The notes beneath the pieces are model-generated. The model searched no databases. It worked only from the letters and a program-made list of their open reading frames with translations, and was not told the DNA's origin. From IMG/VR virus record IMGVR_UViG_3300010354_004913, positions 1-64,000 of that record: a DNA stretch of 64,000 nt. One strand, 5' to 3'. The position numbers and the translations under genes are program-made. Positions 38,258-47,302 of this stretch are shown one piece after another (the first letter of the stretch is position 1; the number at the start of each line of letters is the position of its first letter). Origin of the DNA: a virus.

Positions 38258-38848
38258 TTATTTTTTTCCTATAATCATATACCTATTATATAAAGGTAAC
38301 TGTAATTCTCCGCTCCACATCACATTTATATGCGATTGCTGTGTAAATTCATCTAAGCTATTTGCTATTCTTACATGCTCTTCTATATTATAATTATTAC
38401 TTTGAAGAACAATTAAACTGTGTTCTGGTACCTTACTAAGCCATACTTCATAATCTTGTTGTACTATGTGTTCACAACTAGTATTAATAACAACATCGCT
38501 AGAACACTTATAATCAATCATGTTACTTGTTATTGCTTGAAACTTGTTTTGATTATGTTCCATTTTATTCATTTCAATTGCTATCGATTCGCAACTAGGA
38601 TCGATGTCTATACTTGTTATTTTTACAATAGGTAAGTTACTCTGAAATAATAAACTAGATAGTGTACCTACCCAGCCTCCGTGTATTTCCACAGTGCTAG
38701 GATTATTAACAAAAGGTTTTATATTGTTTATAAGCCATAACTTACTGTTAATTTGACCTTTCCAAAATGCATCTAATGTTCGAATTGGGTCTTGGCTATT
38801 TCTAATAGCACACATCCAATGATGTAAATGATCTAGATCTATATTCAT
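38258..38848 (-). CDS. class I SAM-dependent methyltransferase-like protein
   Basis: GGWVG motif I, SIDID, INTSCEH. Confidence 0.65.
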   Translation of the reverse strand: MNIDLDHLHHWMCAIRNSQDPIRTLDAFWKGQINSKLWLINNIKPFVNNPSTVEIHGGWVGTLSSLLFQSNLPIVKITSIDIDPSCESIAIEMNKMEHNQNKFQAITSNMIDYKCSSDVVINTSCEHIVQQDYEVWLSKVPEHSLIVLQSNNYNIEEHVRIANSLDEFTQQSHINVMWSGELQLPLYNRYMIIGKK

Positions 38849-39600
38849 AAATTTAATTTTTCTGCTATTCTTTCTGCAGTTAGTTTTAATGTTTTACAAC
38901 CATAATGGCTGTCATCTCTAGCTCTGTCAACTGTCTTTAGTCTATCACACCCTAACAATTTAGCAGTATCACTAAAAAAACTTGCTTCATAGTATCTAGT
39001 GTTTTCCCATAACTGTTTACTAGATAAGCTGGCAAATAACGCATGGGTCATTCCATGATGTTCACTTTTTGACCAAAGGTCCATGTAATTATTTTCTTCC
39101 ATGTTCCATGATCCATAACTTTTTAGAGAATTTCTATAGTAATAAACTGTTCTAGAATAATCTGTCCATAAATGAACTACTGCAAGGGGCATAGGATAGT
39201 TAGCTTTTAAAATAATTGAATTATGAAAAGAGTATGTTATAGATGATCCACCTACCCCCATGTTGATAACTGGTCTATTAGTTATACTTTCTAAGTAGGT
39301 GCTTATGGTCTCACTGTCGTCAACTCCAACCCCAAACACATTTGAACATCCGAATATAACTATAGATTTATTCCAATCAATTTCGTTAAAATTTCTTGTT
39401 CGATAACAGTCTTTATTGTAGGTGTATCTAACAGGTGCGCTTCTATACTTCCAGTTTTCGGGCTTTGTTTTAAGATTTTTTTGAAATAATTCTTCTGTAT
39501 CTGTTCCTGAAAATAAAGAATTGACTTCAGAATCAACAGGTAAAAATTTTCCCTGTTTAATTAATTTAGGTATAGTTTTAAATATTAAAAAGTTTTGCAT
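38845..39600 (-). CDS. SGNH/GDSL-like protein
   Basis: FGCS..FG.G, INMGVGG.S, C-terminal D..H.G. Confidence 0.55.
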   Translation of the reverse strand: MQNFLIFKTIPKLIKQGKFLPVDSEVNSLFSGTDTEELFQKNLKTKPENWKYRSAPVRYTYNKDCYRTRNFNEIDWNKSIVIFGCSNVFGVGVDDSETISTYLESITNRPVINMGVGGSSITYSFHNSIILKANYPMPLAVVHLWTDYSRTVYYYRNSLKSYGSWNMEENNYMDLWSKSEHHGMTHALFASLSSKQLWENTRYYEASFFSDTAKLLGCDRLKTVDRARDDSHYGCKTLKLTAERIAEKLNL

Positions 39601-40565
39601 TTTGGTATTTTACTATCAGCACTGCTAACACAGCTAGGAGTTATACAACTTACAGGACCACTGAATAAATTAAAATTTTCTAGATTTCCTAAGGGTGCGT
39701 CGTGGCAACTGTAACTACGTTTTACTTCGTCTCCGCGAATAATCACACTTTGATAACCACTGTTACACATCCAACCTTTAAATTTGTTAAATCCAAACGC
39801 ATTAAATCTTTCTGCTTGATCAAAAAGATACTCTCTACCTTGCTTATCATACATAGCGATTTGATAAATTTCTTCCCCATTAGCTTCTTGCGGAAATCCT
39901 GTTCGCATAATTTCGATCATTTCATCCGTATAACCATCAACTACATAACTAGCAGTAGGATCGCTTTGAGGTTTTAATGTTACATTAATACCGTGTCTAT
40001 TCAATCGTTGGCATCTTTCATAATATTCCCAAAATCTTTCCGGAACCATTACTTGATTTACTGTAACATACACACTATTATACTGAAGTCTATGAATTTT
40101 TTCTATAAAATCTTTTTCTTTAGCATGTTCTGCATGAAAACTAGCTGTGATACTTTTACGAGCAAACATGGCTACCGCGGTTGCCCAACTACGCCACCAT
40201 GTTTCGCCAGGGCTAAGATTAGTAGTCATGTGTACACTTTGATAAGGAGTTTCAATGCCATCATCCAAGTGCCTCATTAAATCTAGTAATCCTCGATAGG
40301 CTGTAGGTTCGCCCCCACTAAAACTCCAATGAAATTGATTAAATCCATTGGCTCTGGCCTGCGTTTTGATCCTATCAACTACAGTTTTATACACTTCGAT
40401 TGTTCTATGATCGGGGGTATCAGATCTAGCATAGGGCCAACAATAACTACACTTGTAATTACAAAAACGCCCGAGTATCCAACTAATGGAAAACAACGGG
40501 CGGTCTAACATTGTACGTTGTCCAAACCGAACAACCTTTTCAAAGGGTATTTCTGTAAATTTCAT
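39585..40565 (-). CDS. radical SAM protein with C-terminal SPASM/twitch-like domain
   Basis: CNYKCSYC, SGGEP, TTN, W.CNSG...SC...C...C; TAAATA at 40571-40576 (minus) upstream. Confidence 0.85.
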   Translation of the reverse strand: MKFTEIPFEKVVRFGQRTMLDRPLFSISWILGRFCNYKCSYCWPYARSDTPDHRTIEVYKTVVDRIKTQARANGFNQFHWSFSGGEPTAYRGLLDLMRHLDDGIETPYQSVHMTTNLSPGETWWRSWATAVAMFARKSITASFHAEHAKEKDFIEKIHRLQYNSVYVTVNQVMVPERFWEYYERCQRLNRHGINVTLKPQSDPTASYVVDGYTDEMIEIMRTGFPQEANGEEIYQIAMYDKQGREYLFDQAERFNAFGFNKFKGWMCNSGYQSVIIRGDEVKRSYSCHDAPLGNLENFNLFSGPVSCITPSCVSSADSKIPKCKTF

Positions 40566-40588
40566 CTCTGTATTTAATCCAATGTCTA

Positions 40589-40617
40589 TTGACAGATCAA
40601 AAAAGTAAATATATAAT
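40589..40617 (+). promoter_or_regulatory. consensus sigma70 promoter
   Basis: TTGACA-17 nt-TATAAT, marking the right edge of the enzyme island. Confidence 0.85.
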
Positions 40618-40623
40618 TACAAC

Positions 40624-41211
40624 ATGAACATTTCAAAAAGCCCAGATCGCAACACTTTTCAAAAAGAAAAGTATCTTGAACGTCAAGCCGAAAAAGGTAA
40701 GACGCCTGATAATGACGAAGATACTCGTGCTATGGTCGAGTATTACGAGTCTTGGGATAAGAAAGAAGATCAACAAGAAGCAGACCCAGCATGGCGTAAA
40801 GATAACTTAGAATGGGATTTACGCACCACAGATTGGATTTTGACCAAAGTTCGAAATAGCGAAAGCTATGCTCAAAATCTCTATGCCGCAATGTGTAATA
40901 ATGATTTCATTAAACGAGAAATGTGGCCAGTGCTTAAAGAACAGAAATGGTCATGCTCTTGGCGTTATGCCGGAGGCATTGTTGCCCATATGCGACAAGA
41001 AGGTGACTACATAGACTGGTATTGTAGCGGTATTCGTGATATTGGTGTATATGCACCTGCCAAAGAAAACGAAGAATTTACCGAAGAACAAAAGGCAAGA
41101 CTGGCTATTGTAGATAAATTTGTTAGTGAAAGTGTAGTTACGGATGAGATTGAAAAAGATTTATATGATCTTGGTTGGCTCGTTGTTAAATACAATGACA
41201 ACCAGGATTAA
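40624..41211 (+). CDS. phage hypothetical protein
   Basis: YAQNLYAA.CNN, SWRYAGGIVA, DYIDWYCSG. Confidence 0.65.
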   Translation: MNISKSPDRNTFQKEKYLERQAEKGKTPDNDEDTRAMVEYYESWDKKEDQQEADPAWRKDNLEWDLRTTDWILTKVRNSESYAQNLYAAMCNNDFIKREMWPVLKEQKWSCSWRYAGGIVAHMRQEGDYIDWYCSGIRDIGVYAPAKENEEFTEEQKARLAIVDKFVSESVVTDEIEKDLYDLGWLVVKYNDNQD

Positions 41212-41213
41212 TT

Positions 41214-42020
41214 ATGGATCTTAAAAAGTTTAGCCATCAAATTTACAAATATAGAATACTGTATTTTTTAGGAGCAGCTTCAGTTATTGTTTCTATTTAC
41301 TATGCGGTTGTGTACGGAGCATGGCTTTTGCTACTAGCATCATATCTATGGAGCCGTTGGGTCGGTTTTTTAGGTAACCAAATAGCATTACACAGATATT
41401 TTGCACATAAAAGTTTTACTACAACTCCAATAAAACATCAATTTTTGTTATGGTTTTCTATTTTAGGTGGAGAAGGAAGTCCGATCACATGGGCAAGCCA
41501 TCATAGGCATCATCACAAGTATACAGAAACAGAACGTGATATACACAGTCCTTATGAAAGTATTTTACTATCAACTGTAGGATGGCAAATAAAACCTGCG
41601 AAATGGTGGTTGTCTGAAAGACAAGTTAGAACTATACCAAAAGATCTACTAAGAGATGAATCAATTAAATTTGTAGACAAACACTATTATAATATTTGGG
41701 CTTTATTAATTTTAGGAAGTTTTTTAATAGATTGGAAATTATGTGTGTTTTTTGTACTTGCTCCAGTAGGACATGGTATTGTTAGTGGCGCAATTCTAAA
41801 TTGGTTTGGTCATTGGAAGCTACCTAAGAGTTATAGAAGCTTTGAAACTCCCGACAAAACTTACAATAATCAACTTGTTGCTTTATATTTAGGTGGAGAA
41901 GGACTACATAATAATCATCATTACGATACATCAAAATATGATCAAGCATTTAATCCAGGAGAAATTGACCTGGGAGGAAAATTAGTTAGAAAGTTTTTTG
42001 CTACGAACGCGGAGAAATAA
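41214..42020 (+). CDS. membrane fatty acid desaturase (delta-9 acyl-CoA/lipid type)
   Basis: His boxes HRYFAH, HRHHH, HNNHH; hydrophobic segments. Confidence 0.9.
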   Translation: MDLKKFSHQIYKYRILYFLGAASVIVSIYYAVVYGAWLLLLASYLWSRWVGFLGNQIALHRYFAHKSFTTTPIKHQFLLWFSILGGEGSPITWASHHRHHHKYTETERDIHSPYESILLSTVGWQIKPAKWWLSERQVRTIPKDLLRDESIKFVDKHYYNIWALLILGSFLIDWKLCVFFVLAPVGHGIVSGAILNWFGHWKLPKSYRSFETPDKTYNNQLVALYLGGEGLHNNHHYDTSKYDQAFNPGEIDLGGKLVRKFFATNAEK

Positions 42021-42021
42021 A

Positions 42022-42204
42022 ATGGAACGTCCAGAAAAAATGGTTTTTAACGCAGAAGAAATTTTTGAAGACATTCCGGGAGATCCGGATAATGTTATTC
42101 TAAAATTTCCTCCCCAGCTTCTTGAACAAGTTGGTTGGAAAGAAGGCGACACACTAAATATTACACTCGAAGAAGGGGCACTGGTTATTACTAAACATGG
42201 CTAA
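42022..42204 (+). CDS. AbrB/MazE-like DNA-binding protein
   Basis: L.FP..LL.Q.GW.EGD.L.I......L.I. Confidence 0.6.
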   Translation: MERPEKMVFNAEEIFEDIPGDPDNVILKFPPQLLEQVGWKEGDTLNITLEEGALVITKHG

Positions 42205-42418
42205 AAATTCAGAATTATTAGAACTTACAGGAAGAGTATCTGAAGTATTACCTAACTCTACATTTAGAGTCAAGGTAGATAATATGGAACAAGTTGTACT
42301 TTGTTATATGGGCGGCAGACTCAAACAAAATAAGATTAAAGTGATTCTCGGGGATCCAGTAAAAATTGAAATAAGCCCGTACGATCTTACCAAAGGTAGG
42401 ATAACTTATAGGATGTAA
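42197..42418 (+). CDS. infA: translation initiation factor IF-1
   Basis: G.V.EVLPN..FRV, G.....I....GD.V..E.SPYDLTKGRI.YR. Confidence 0.9.
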   Translation: MAKNSELLELTGRVSEVLPNSTFRVKVDNMEQVVLCYMGGRLKQNKIKVILGDPVKIEISPYDLTKGRITYRM

Positions 42419-42420
42419 CA

Positions 42421-43083
42421 ATGAATTCGGTCTTAGAACGTGTAAACTTAGTCTGTAACAACGTTCTAAAGACCAATGGTCAAGCGATTACATTTCGAAA
42501 ACTTATTAATTCAATTAGAAAAGAATTCAAACGAGTTTCCTTAGATTTAAAAATAAAAACTAAGAAAGACAAAGATTTAGAAAATAACGCATTCTACGTC
42601 AATGCCTTTTATGATCCCGAAGATGATCGTAATTTAGAAACTTCAATAGAAGTATTAATACATCATTCGTTTGATGATAAAGATTTATTTCACAAACAAC
42701 AAATATCAGAATTTCTAATTCAAATTTTTGATGCTGTAGTACATGAATTACGACATCAACAGCAAAGCAGAAAACGTAATTATAAAACCTACAGTGATCA
42801 CGCCCACGAACCATTTTCAAGATACTTAGCAGATCCAGATGAATTAGATGCTTATAGTTTAAGTATAGCAATTGAATTATTACGTGCCATGCCTGTGGAT
42901 AGAGCCAAAAGGTATATGACTAAAATGACTCTACTGAGTAAAATGAAACACAACGGCAACCTTATTAGTCCAAATTTAAAAGCCTATGTTGACTATTTTG
43001 GCAACAATACTCTGTTAAAACGGTTAGCCAAAAAGGTCAACAAGCACTTAAATTCACTTGACAGCAGCCAAATTTTCCGCTAA
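42421..43083 (+). CDS. HExxH zincin-like protein
   Basis: HELRHQQQ ... YL.DPDE.DAY. Confidence 0.5.
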   Translation: MNSVLERVNLVCNNVLKTNGQAITFRKLINSIRKEFKRVSLDLKIKTKKDKDLENNAFYVNAFYDPEDDRNLETSIEVLIHHSFDDKDLFHKQQISEFLIQIFDAVVHELRHQQQSRKRNYKTYSDHAHEPFSRYLADPDELDAYSLSIAIELLRAMPVDRAKRYMTKMTLLSKMKHNGNLISPNLKAYVDYFGNNTLLKRLAKKVNKHLNSLDSSQIFR

Positions 43084-43086
43084 AAT
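43058..43086 (+). promoter_or_regulatory. sigma70-type promoter
   Basis: TTGACA-17 nt-TAAAAT. Confidence 0.75.
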
Positions 43087-43119
43087 ATGCTTATTGTAAA
43101 CACTAACGGAGCGGATACC

Positions 43120-43818
43120 GTGGCTAAAGAGTTTAATACCCAAGAAGTTTTGGAACTGGCTTGTGCGGCTCAACGCTATAATGGAGATTATCTCAAAGAA
43201 ATGTCCGCTGTCTACGAGGACAATGGCAGTATCCAGTATTGGAAGCAGCCTAATAAGACACACATATTATACAGTCTCGGTGCTATTAATTGGGGGTCGG
43301 AACAAGACCCCCGTATGATGCCGGTTAAACTTGAGATCACTGACGAAGATCGAGAACAGGCTGCTGATATTCGCAAGTATTACAAACGGTTAATGTTTGC
43401 TGCTGTTAAAGGCGACAACGACTTTCTTACAGAAGTAAATGCTATCCTTAGCTCTGACGATGTAGCAATGAATAAAATTGGCTACGTGGCATGTCTGCCT
43501 AGTGTTCAGAAGCGAGATGTAGCTAGAAACAGTATTGAAAAGCGTGTTCGAAGTGTAGACGTAGGGCATGTTGCCAATATTGGCAGTAATATTTTCGATA
43601 AGGACTGTGAGATTTTAGAGTCAAAACACTCAAATAATTTTAATGCCTATAATATAACTGCTATAATTGATAATAAAATGGTGTCTTGGTTTAGTAAGGT
43701 AGACCTTAAGCTCGGTGCTTGTGTAGTTGTTAAGGCTAAGATTAAAGATCATTCCAAGCATTGGAAATTTAAAGACACTGACGTTACTCGTCTTAACTAT
43801 GTGAAAGCGGTACAATAA
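43120..43818 (+). CDS. hypothetical protein with probable C-terminal OB-like domain
   Basis: GTG start after GGAG; C-terminal K.K.K.H.......T.LNYVK. Confidence 0.55.
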   Translation: MAKEFNTQEVLELACAAQRYNGDYLKEMSAVYEDNGSIQYWKQPNKTHILYSLGAINWGSEQDPRMMPVKLEITDEDREQAADIRKYYKRLMFAAVKGDNDFLTEVNAILSSDDVAMNKIGYVACLPSVQKRDVARNSIEKRVRSVDVGHVANIGSNIFDKDCEILESKHSNNFNAYNITAIIDNKMVSWFSKVDLKLGACVVVKAKIKDHSKHWKFKDTDVTRLNYVKAVQ

Positions 43819-44255
43819 TGTATAATGAAGAAGAATACGATCAATTTGCTCAAAAAATGGAACAATCATATCCTAAACTGTTCCGGGAGCCATATGGAGG
43901 ATTTGCTGTAGGCCCAGGTTGGTGGCCTATTATTGAATCACTGTGTCGTCAAATTCATAATCATGTGGAATGGAAACAGAACCAATTGGAAAAATACCGA
44001 CGTGGCGAAGGCTGTCCAGATGTGATTGTTAGACAAATTAAAGAAAAGTTTGGCGGACTACGTTTCTACTACGACGGTGGAGACGATGTTGTTGATGGTA
44101 TGGTACGTATGGCAGAGTCATGGGCATCACATTCTTGTGAAGAATGTGGTAATCCTGGGCGTAGTCGAGACGGCGGGTGGATTAAAACCTTATGCGATGA
44201 ACACGAAGCAGAACGTCAAGCAAGATATAAAGAAAGATTTCCAGATGAAGATTAA
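43818..44255 (+). CDS. phage hypothetical protein (QIKEKFGGLRFY family, C-terminal Zn ribbon)
   Basis: GW..II, QIKEKFGGLRFY, CEECG...TLC..H. Confidence 0.65.
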   Translation: MYNEEEYDQFAQKMEQSYPKLFREPYGGFAVGPGWWPIIESLCRQIHNHVEWKQNQLEKYRRGEGCPDVIVRQIKEKFGGLRFYYDGGDDVVDGMVRMAESWASHSCEECGNPGRSRDGGWIKTLCDEHEAERQARYKERFPDED

Positions 44256-45090
44256 AGTTGTTTCAGACCTGCACCTAGAATTTAGTGACATCAACATCAA
44301 GAATGATGAAGGTTGCGATGTACTAATTCTCAGTGGCGACATTATGGTCGCTCAGGATCTACACGATCATCCAGAAATGGATTACAGTATGTACAGCAAT
44401 ATAAACCTTGCTGACCTCGGACGTAGACAACAGACAGCTATGCGTTTCCGTAACTTCTTGAAGCGTTGCTCATTTCAGTTTCCGCATGTTATCTACATAG
44501 CAGGCAACCATGAATTTTATCATGGCAAGTTTGTGTCTAGTCTAACAGACCTGCGTAATGAGTGCGCCAAGTACCCCAATGTCTATTTCTTGGAAAGAGA
44601 TACTAAAGAAATTGATGATGTTGTTTTTATCGGTGGCACTTTGTGGACTGACTGTAACAAGGGCGATCCCTTAACTCTACATGCCTTAACTGACTTAATG
44701 AACGATTTCCGTATTATTCGGCATGATGGGCACGGCTATACTAGACTGCGCCCAGCACATATTATGGAAAGACATAGACAAACACTAGGTTACTTTAAGT
44801 CAGTACTTACCGATCTTAAAGATCGTAAGGTTGTAGTTGTCGGACATCATAGTCCTAGTCATCTCAGCGTACATCCTAGGTATGCTAGTGATCATGCTAT
44901 GAACGGCGGCTATCACAGTGATCTAAGTGAGTTTATTTTGGATCATCCGCAGATTAAATTGTGGACACATGGTCATACACATCATCCTTTTGATTACATG
45001 ATTGGTAGTACTCGTATAGTATGTAATCCCAGAGGCTATGACGGATATGAAGACACAGGATGGAATCCTAACTTTATATTGGAAATTTAA
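44245..45090 (+). CDS. metallophosphoesterase
   Basis: SDLHLE, GD, GNHE, GHH.P, HGHTH, NPRGY. Confidence 0.85.
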   Translation: MKIKVVSDLHLEFSDINIKNDEGCDVLILSGDIMVAQDLHDHPEMDYSMYSNINLADLGRRQQTAMRFRNFLKRCSFQFPHVIYIAGNHEFYHGKFVSSLTDLRNECAKYPNVYFLERDTKEIDDVVFIGGTLWTDCNKGDPLTLHALTDLMNDFRIIRHDGHGYTRLRPAHIMERHRQTLGYFKSVLTDLKDRKVVVVGHHSPSHLSVHPRYASDHAMNGGYHSDLSEFILDHPQIKLWTHGHTHHPFDYMIGSTRIVCNPRGYDGYEDTGWNPNFILEI

Positions 45091-45500
45091 TGAAAATGTC
45101 ATTGATGAAAAACTGGGCACCTAAATGTGCTCATCCAGATTGTAAAACTCCTGTAGGGTATCATAAAAAGTATACCAAAAAGGATGGATCAATAGGAGCA
45201 AAATGGAAAACTTTTTGCGAACATCATCGTACAGTAGGTAAGGAAAGTAGAGATACTTTCCTTAAATCTAAAGGAGGCTGTGAAAATCGAGATGCTCGAC
45301 TAGGTTGGGTATGTCGAGACCCCGATACTCCTAGTTTAACCATTGACCATTGGGACGGTAACAAGTATAATAATACACAAGAAAATTTAGTTGTATTATG
45401 TGCTAACTGCCATAACGAGAAAAGTAAGAAGTTTAAAGATACACTAGTTAGATATAAAAATGTTAATACTAAATTTTACGATTTTTTTGAGGAACAATAA
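45090..45500 (+). CDS. HNH endonuclease-domain protein
   Basis: IDHWDG...NN...NL..LCANCH. Confidence 0.75.
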   Translation: MKMSLMKNWAPKCAHPDCKTPVGYHKKYTKKDGSIGAKWKTFCEHHRTVGKESRDTFLKSKGGCENRDARLGWVCRDPDTPSLTIDHWDGNKYNNTQENLVVLCANCHNEKSKKFKDTLVRYKNVNTKFYDFFEEQ

Positions 45501-45649
45501 TGGAACCTAACATCCCAGATATTTTACGTAGTACAGCTCAAAATATGAATGAACTATTTCATGTATTAGCAAACCGTGTTGAACAATTGGAAAAAGAAAA
45601 TGAACAACTTAAACGTGAACTTGAAGTCAGAGGGTCCAAAGTTGAGTGA
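45500..45649 (+). CDS. small coiled-coil protein (49 aa, not in ORF track)
   Basis: MEPNIPDILRSTAQNMNELFHVLANRVEQLEKENEQLKRELEVRGSKVE; GAGGA RBS; TAATG overlap. Confidence 0.6.
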   Translation: MEPNIPDILRSTAQNMNELFHVLANRVEQLEKENEQLKRELEVRGSKVE

Positions 45650-45917
45650 AAAAGAGTTTAAGCTATTTAAAAAATGGCTTAAATCTCATTTAGATTTTGG
45701 TCCTGTGACTGTGACTTTTACCAAAGTTGACGGTTCTGAACGAATTATGGAATGTACAACTAATTCAGAACTTATACCTAAGGTGGAACAAGCAAGTTCA
45801 GAACCAAAAAAAGAAAAAAAGAAAAGTGACGAAGCTATCACGGTATATGATTTACAAGCCAATGGTTGGCGTAGCTTTAGGTGGGATTCAGTTAAACAAG
45901 TGAGATTTACACTATGA
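45600..45917 (+). CDS. WYL_2/DUF2693 SH3-like phage protein
   Basis: VTFTK.DG.ER.M.CT, VYD....GWRSFR; start uncertain. Confidence 0.7.
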   Translation: MNNLNVNLKSEGPKLSEKEFKLFKKWLKSHLDFGPVTVTFTKVDGSERIMECTTNSELIPKVEQASSEPKKEKKKSDEAITVYDLQANGWRSFRWDSVKQVRFTL

Positions 45918-46141
45918 GACGAGTAGTCGGTGACGACTGTGAGATCCTCTGCGAGGATAATGGTCGTAAAATGGTAGCAGATATTCTTTCATTTAAAGAA
46001 CATCAATATCTTAATGTTAGTTTAGAAAAACAGTTAAAATTAGAAATGCGTTGGAACGGTAATATCTACGAAGGCCGCCTAGGTCGAATGAGTTTTACTT
46101 CAGAAGGTCCTGTAATTAGAAATTTTAAACAAGGTAGATAA
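45914..46141 (+). CDS. hypothetical protein
   Basis: ATGA-coupled ORF. Confidence 0.55.
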   Translation: MRRVVGDDCEILCEDNGRKMVADILSFKEHQYLNVSLEKQLKLEMRWNGNIYEGRLGRMSFTSEGPVIRNFKQGR

Positions 46142-46142
46142 A

Positions 46143-46565
46143 ATGAAGATTGGTCTTAGCTTTAGCCGCTGTATTAGAGATATATTTGACGGTACTGTAA
46201 ATTATGACGACGTATTATTAATTATTTGTCGAACCGATTTTAATCCCAATGACGATAGTCATTGGGCAGGTATTTGGAGTGGTTATCACCACGGTGGTGC
46301 TTGGAACCATCCTGAATGGTATAGTATTCCTGAAGAAAAAGAAGGCGAACTTAGAGCGTTAGCCTGTATGCTGTATAATGACGGAAAAATGCATCAGCCT
46401 AGACAGTTTGGCGCCCATCCCCGACGACTTCCCTATTATTGGTTAGAAACATTTTTGCCAGATCTAGAACTAGAAAGAAATCCTGCTGCCAAAAAAGCAT
46501 TTGAAAAATTTCAGATGGTTGCGGGATTAGTATCAACAGAACCTTTACAACACAATCACCAATGA
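46143..46565 (+). CDS. hypothetical protein
   Basis: 140-aa ORF in operon. Confidence 0.6.
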   Translation: MKIGLSFSRCIRDIFDGTVNYDDVLLIICRTDFNPNDDSHWAGIWSGYHHGGAWNHPEWYSIPEEKEGELRALACMLYNDGKMHQPRQFGAHPRRLPYYWLETFLPDLELERNPAAKKAFEKFQMVAGLVSTEPLQHNHQ

Positions 46566-47302
46566 ACTCTATTATATCTCAAATTCAAGCCAGGCAAAAC
46601 AACCTTTCCATTGATCCATTTCTAGGATTCAATGATAGTCAAATGGCTGAACGCATAACTGAATTTAAAGAAGATCCTCTTACATTGTCTTGTGTAGTTA
46701 AGAGATTGCTAGAAACTGGTCAGGGTTATCGAAACATGAATGACACTACCACAGTGAATGATATCACTGGTGAGGACAGAATTCTAGCTAATCAGATTAA
46801 AGATTACTATAAGAAAAAATTCTTTTGGCGTGCCTTAAGTGATAATAGGACACTAAGTGATTATCGTAAACGACTAATTAATCTTTTAGAAAATAATATT
46901 AGAAACTGTAAAGATCAAGACTGCGGCATCTACTATAAGCTGCCCTACTTCTATGAAGAAGACATGGTCTATGATGAATTTAAAAAGACATTAGATACTT
47001 CTAAGCTCAGTGATCTAGGCAATGCTCGTCAAACATTGTTTTTGAAACAGCTGACTTTTCTCAGAACATCTTTCAGTGGACAGAGAAAAAATAAAATTGT
47101 GCGCTACTGGTTTAACGATGACAACAATTGGCTGTATGGTCTCAGTCTAACACAGGACAATCCCTTGCTGGCAATCTTTGATAGCTATCTTAAAGAACAT
47201 GGCACTGTGGTATTTGACACAAGACTGGTAGAAGATAGAATTGATGATTTACACTACTATAAAATGTATAACTATAAATTTGTAAAGGAAAAATATGCCT
47301 AA
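46562..47302 (+). CDS. hypothetical protein
   Basis: 246-aa coupled ORF. Confidence 0.6.
   Translation: MNSIISQIQARQNNLSIDPFLGFNDSQMAERITEFKEDPLTLSCVVKRLLETGQGYRNMNDTTTVNDITGEDRILANQIKDYYKKKFFWRALSDNRTLSDYRKRLINLLENNIRNCKDQDCGIYYKLPYFYEEDMVYDEFKKTLDTSKLSDLGNARQTLFLKQLTFLRTSFSGQRKNKIVRYWFNDDNNWLYGLSLTQDNPLLAIFDSYLKEHGTVVFDTRLVEDRIDDLHYYKMYNYKFVKEKYA

Noticed and set aside
7320-40565. Classical NRPS/PKS or RiPP cluster of bacterial origin
   Set aside because: No condensation, KS, carrier, RRE or transporter genes were recognised; phage-type promoters and continuous phage context on both sides.
45090-45500. HNH gene as part of an intron or mobile element
   Set aside because: Free-standing and translationally coupled; neighbouring genes are intact and no intron structure is evident.
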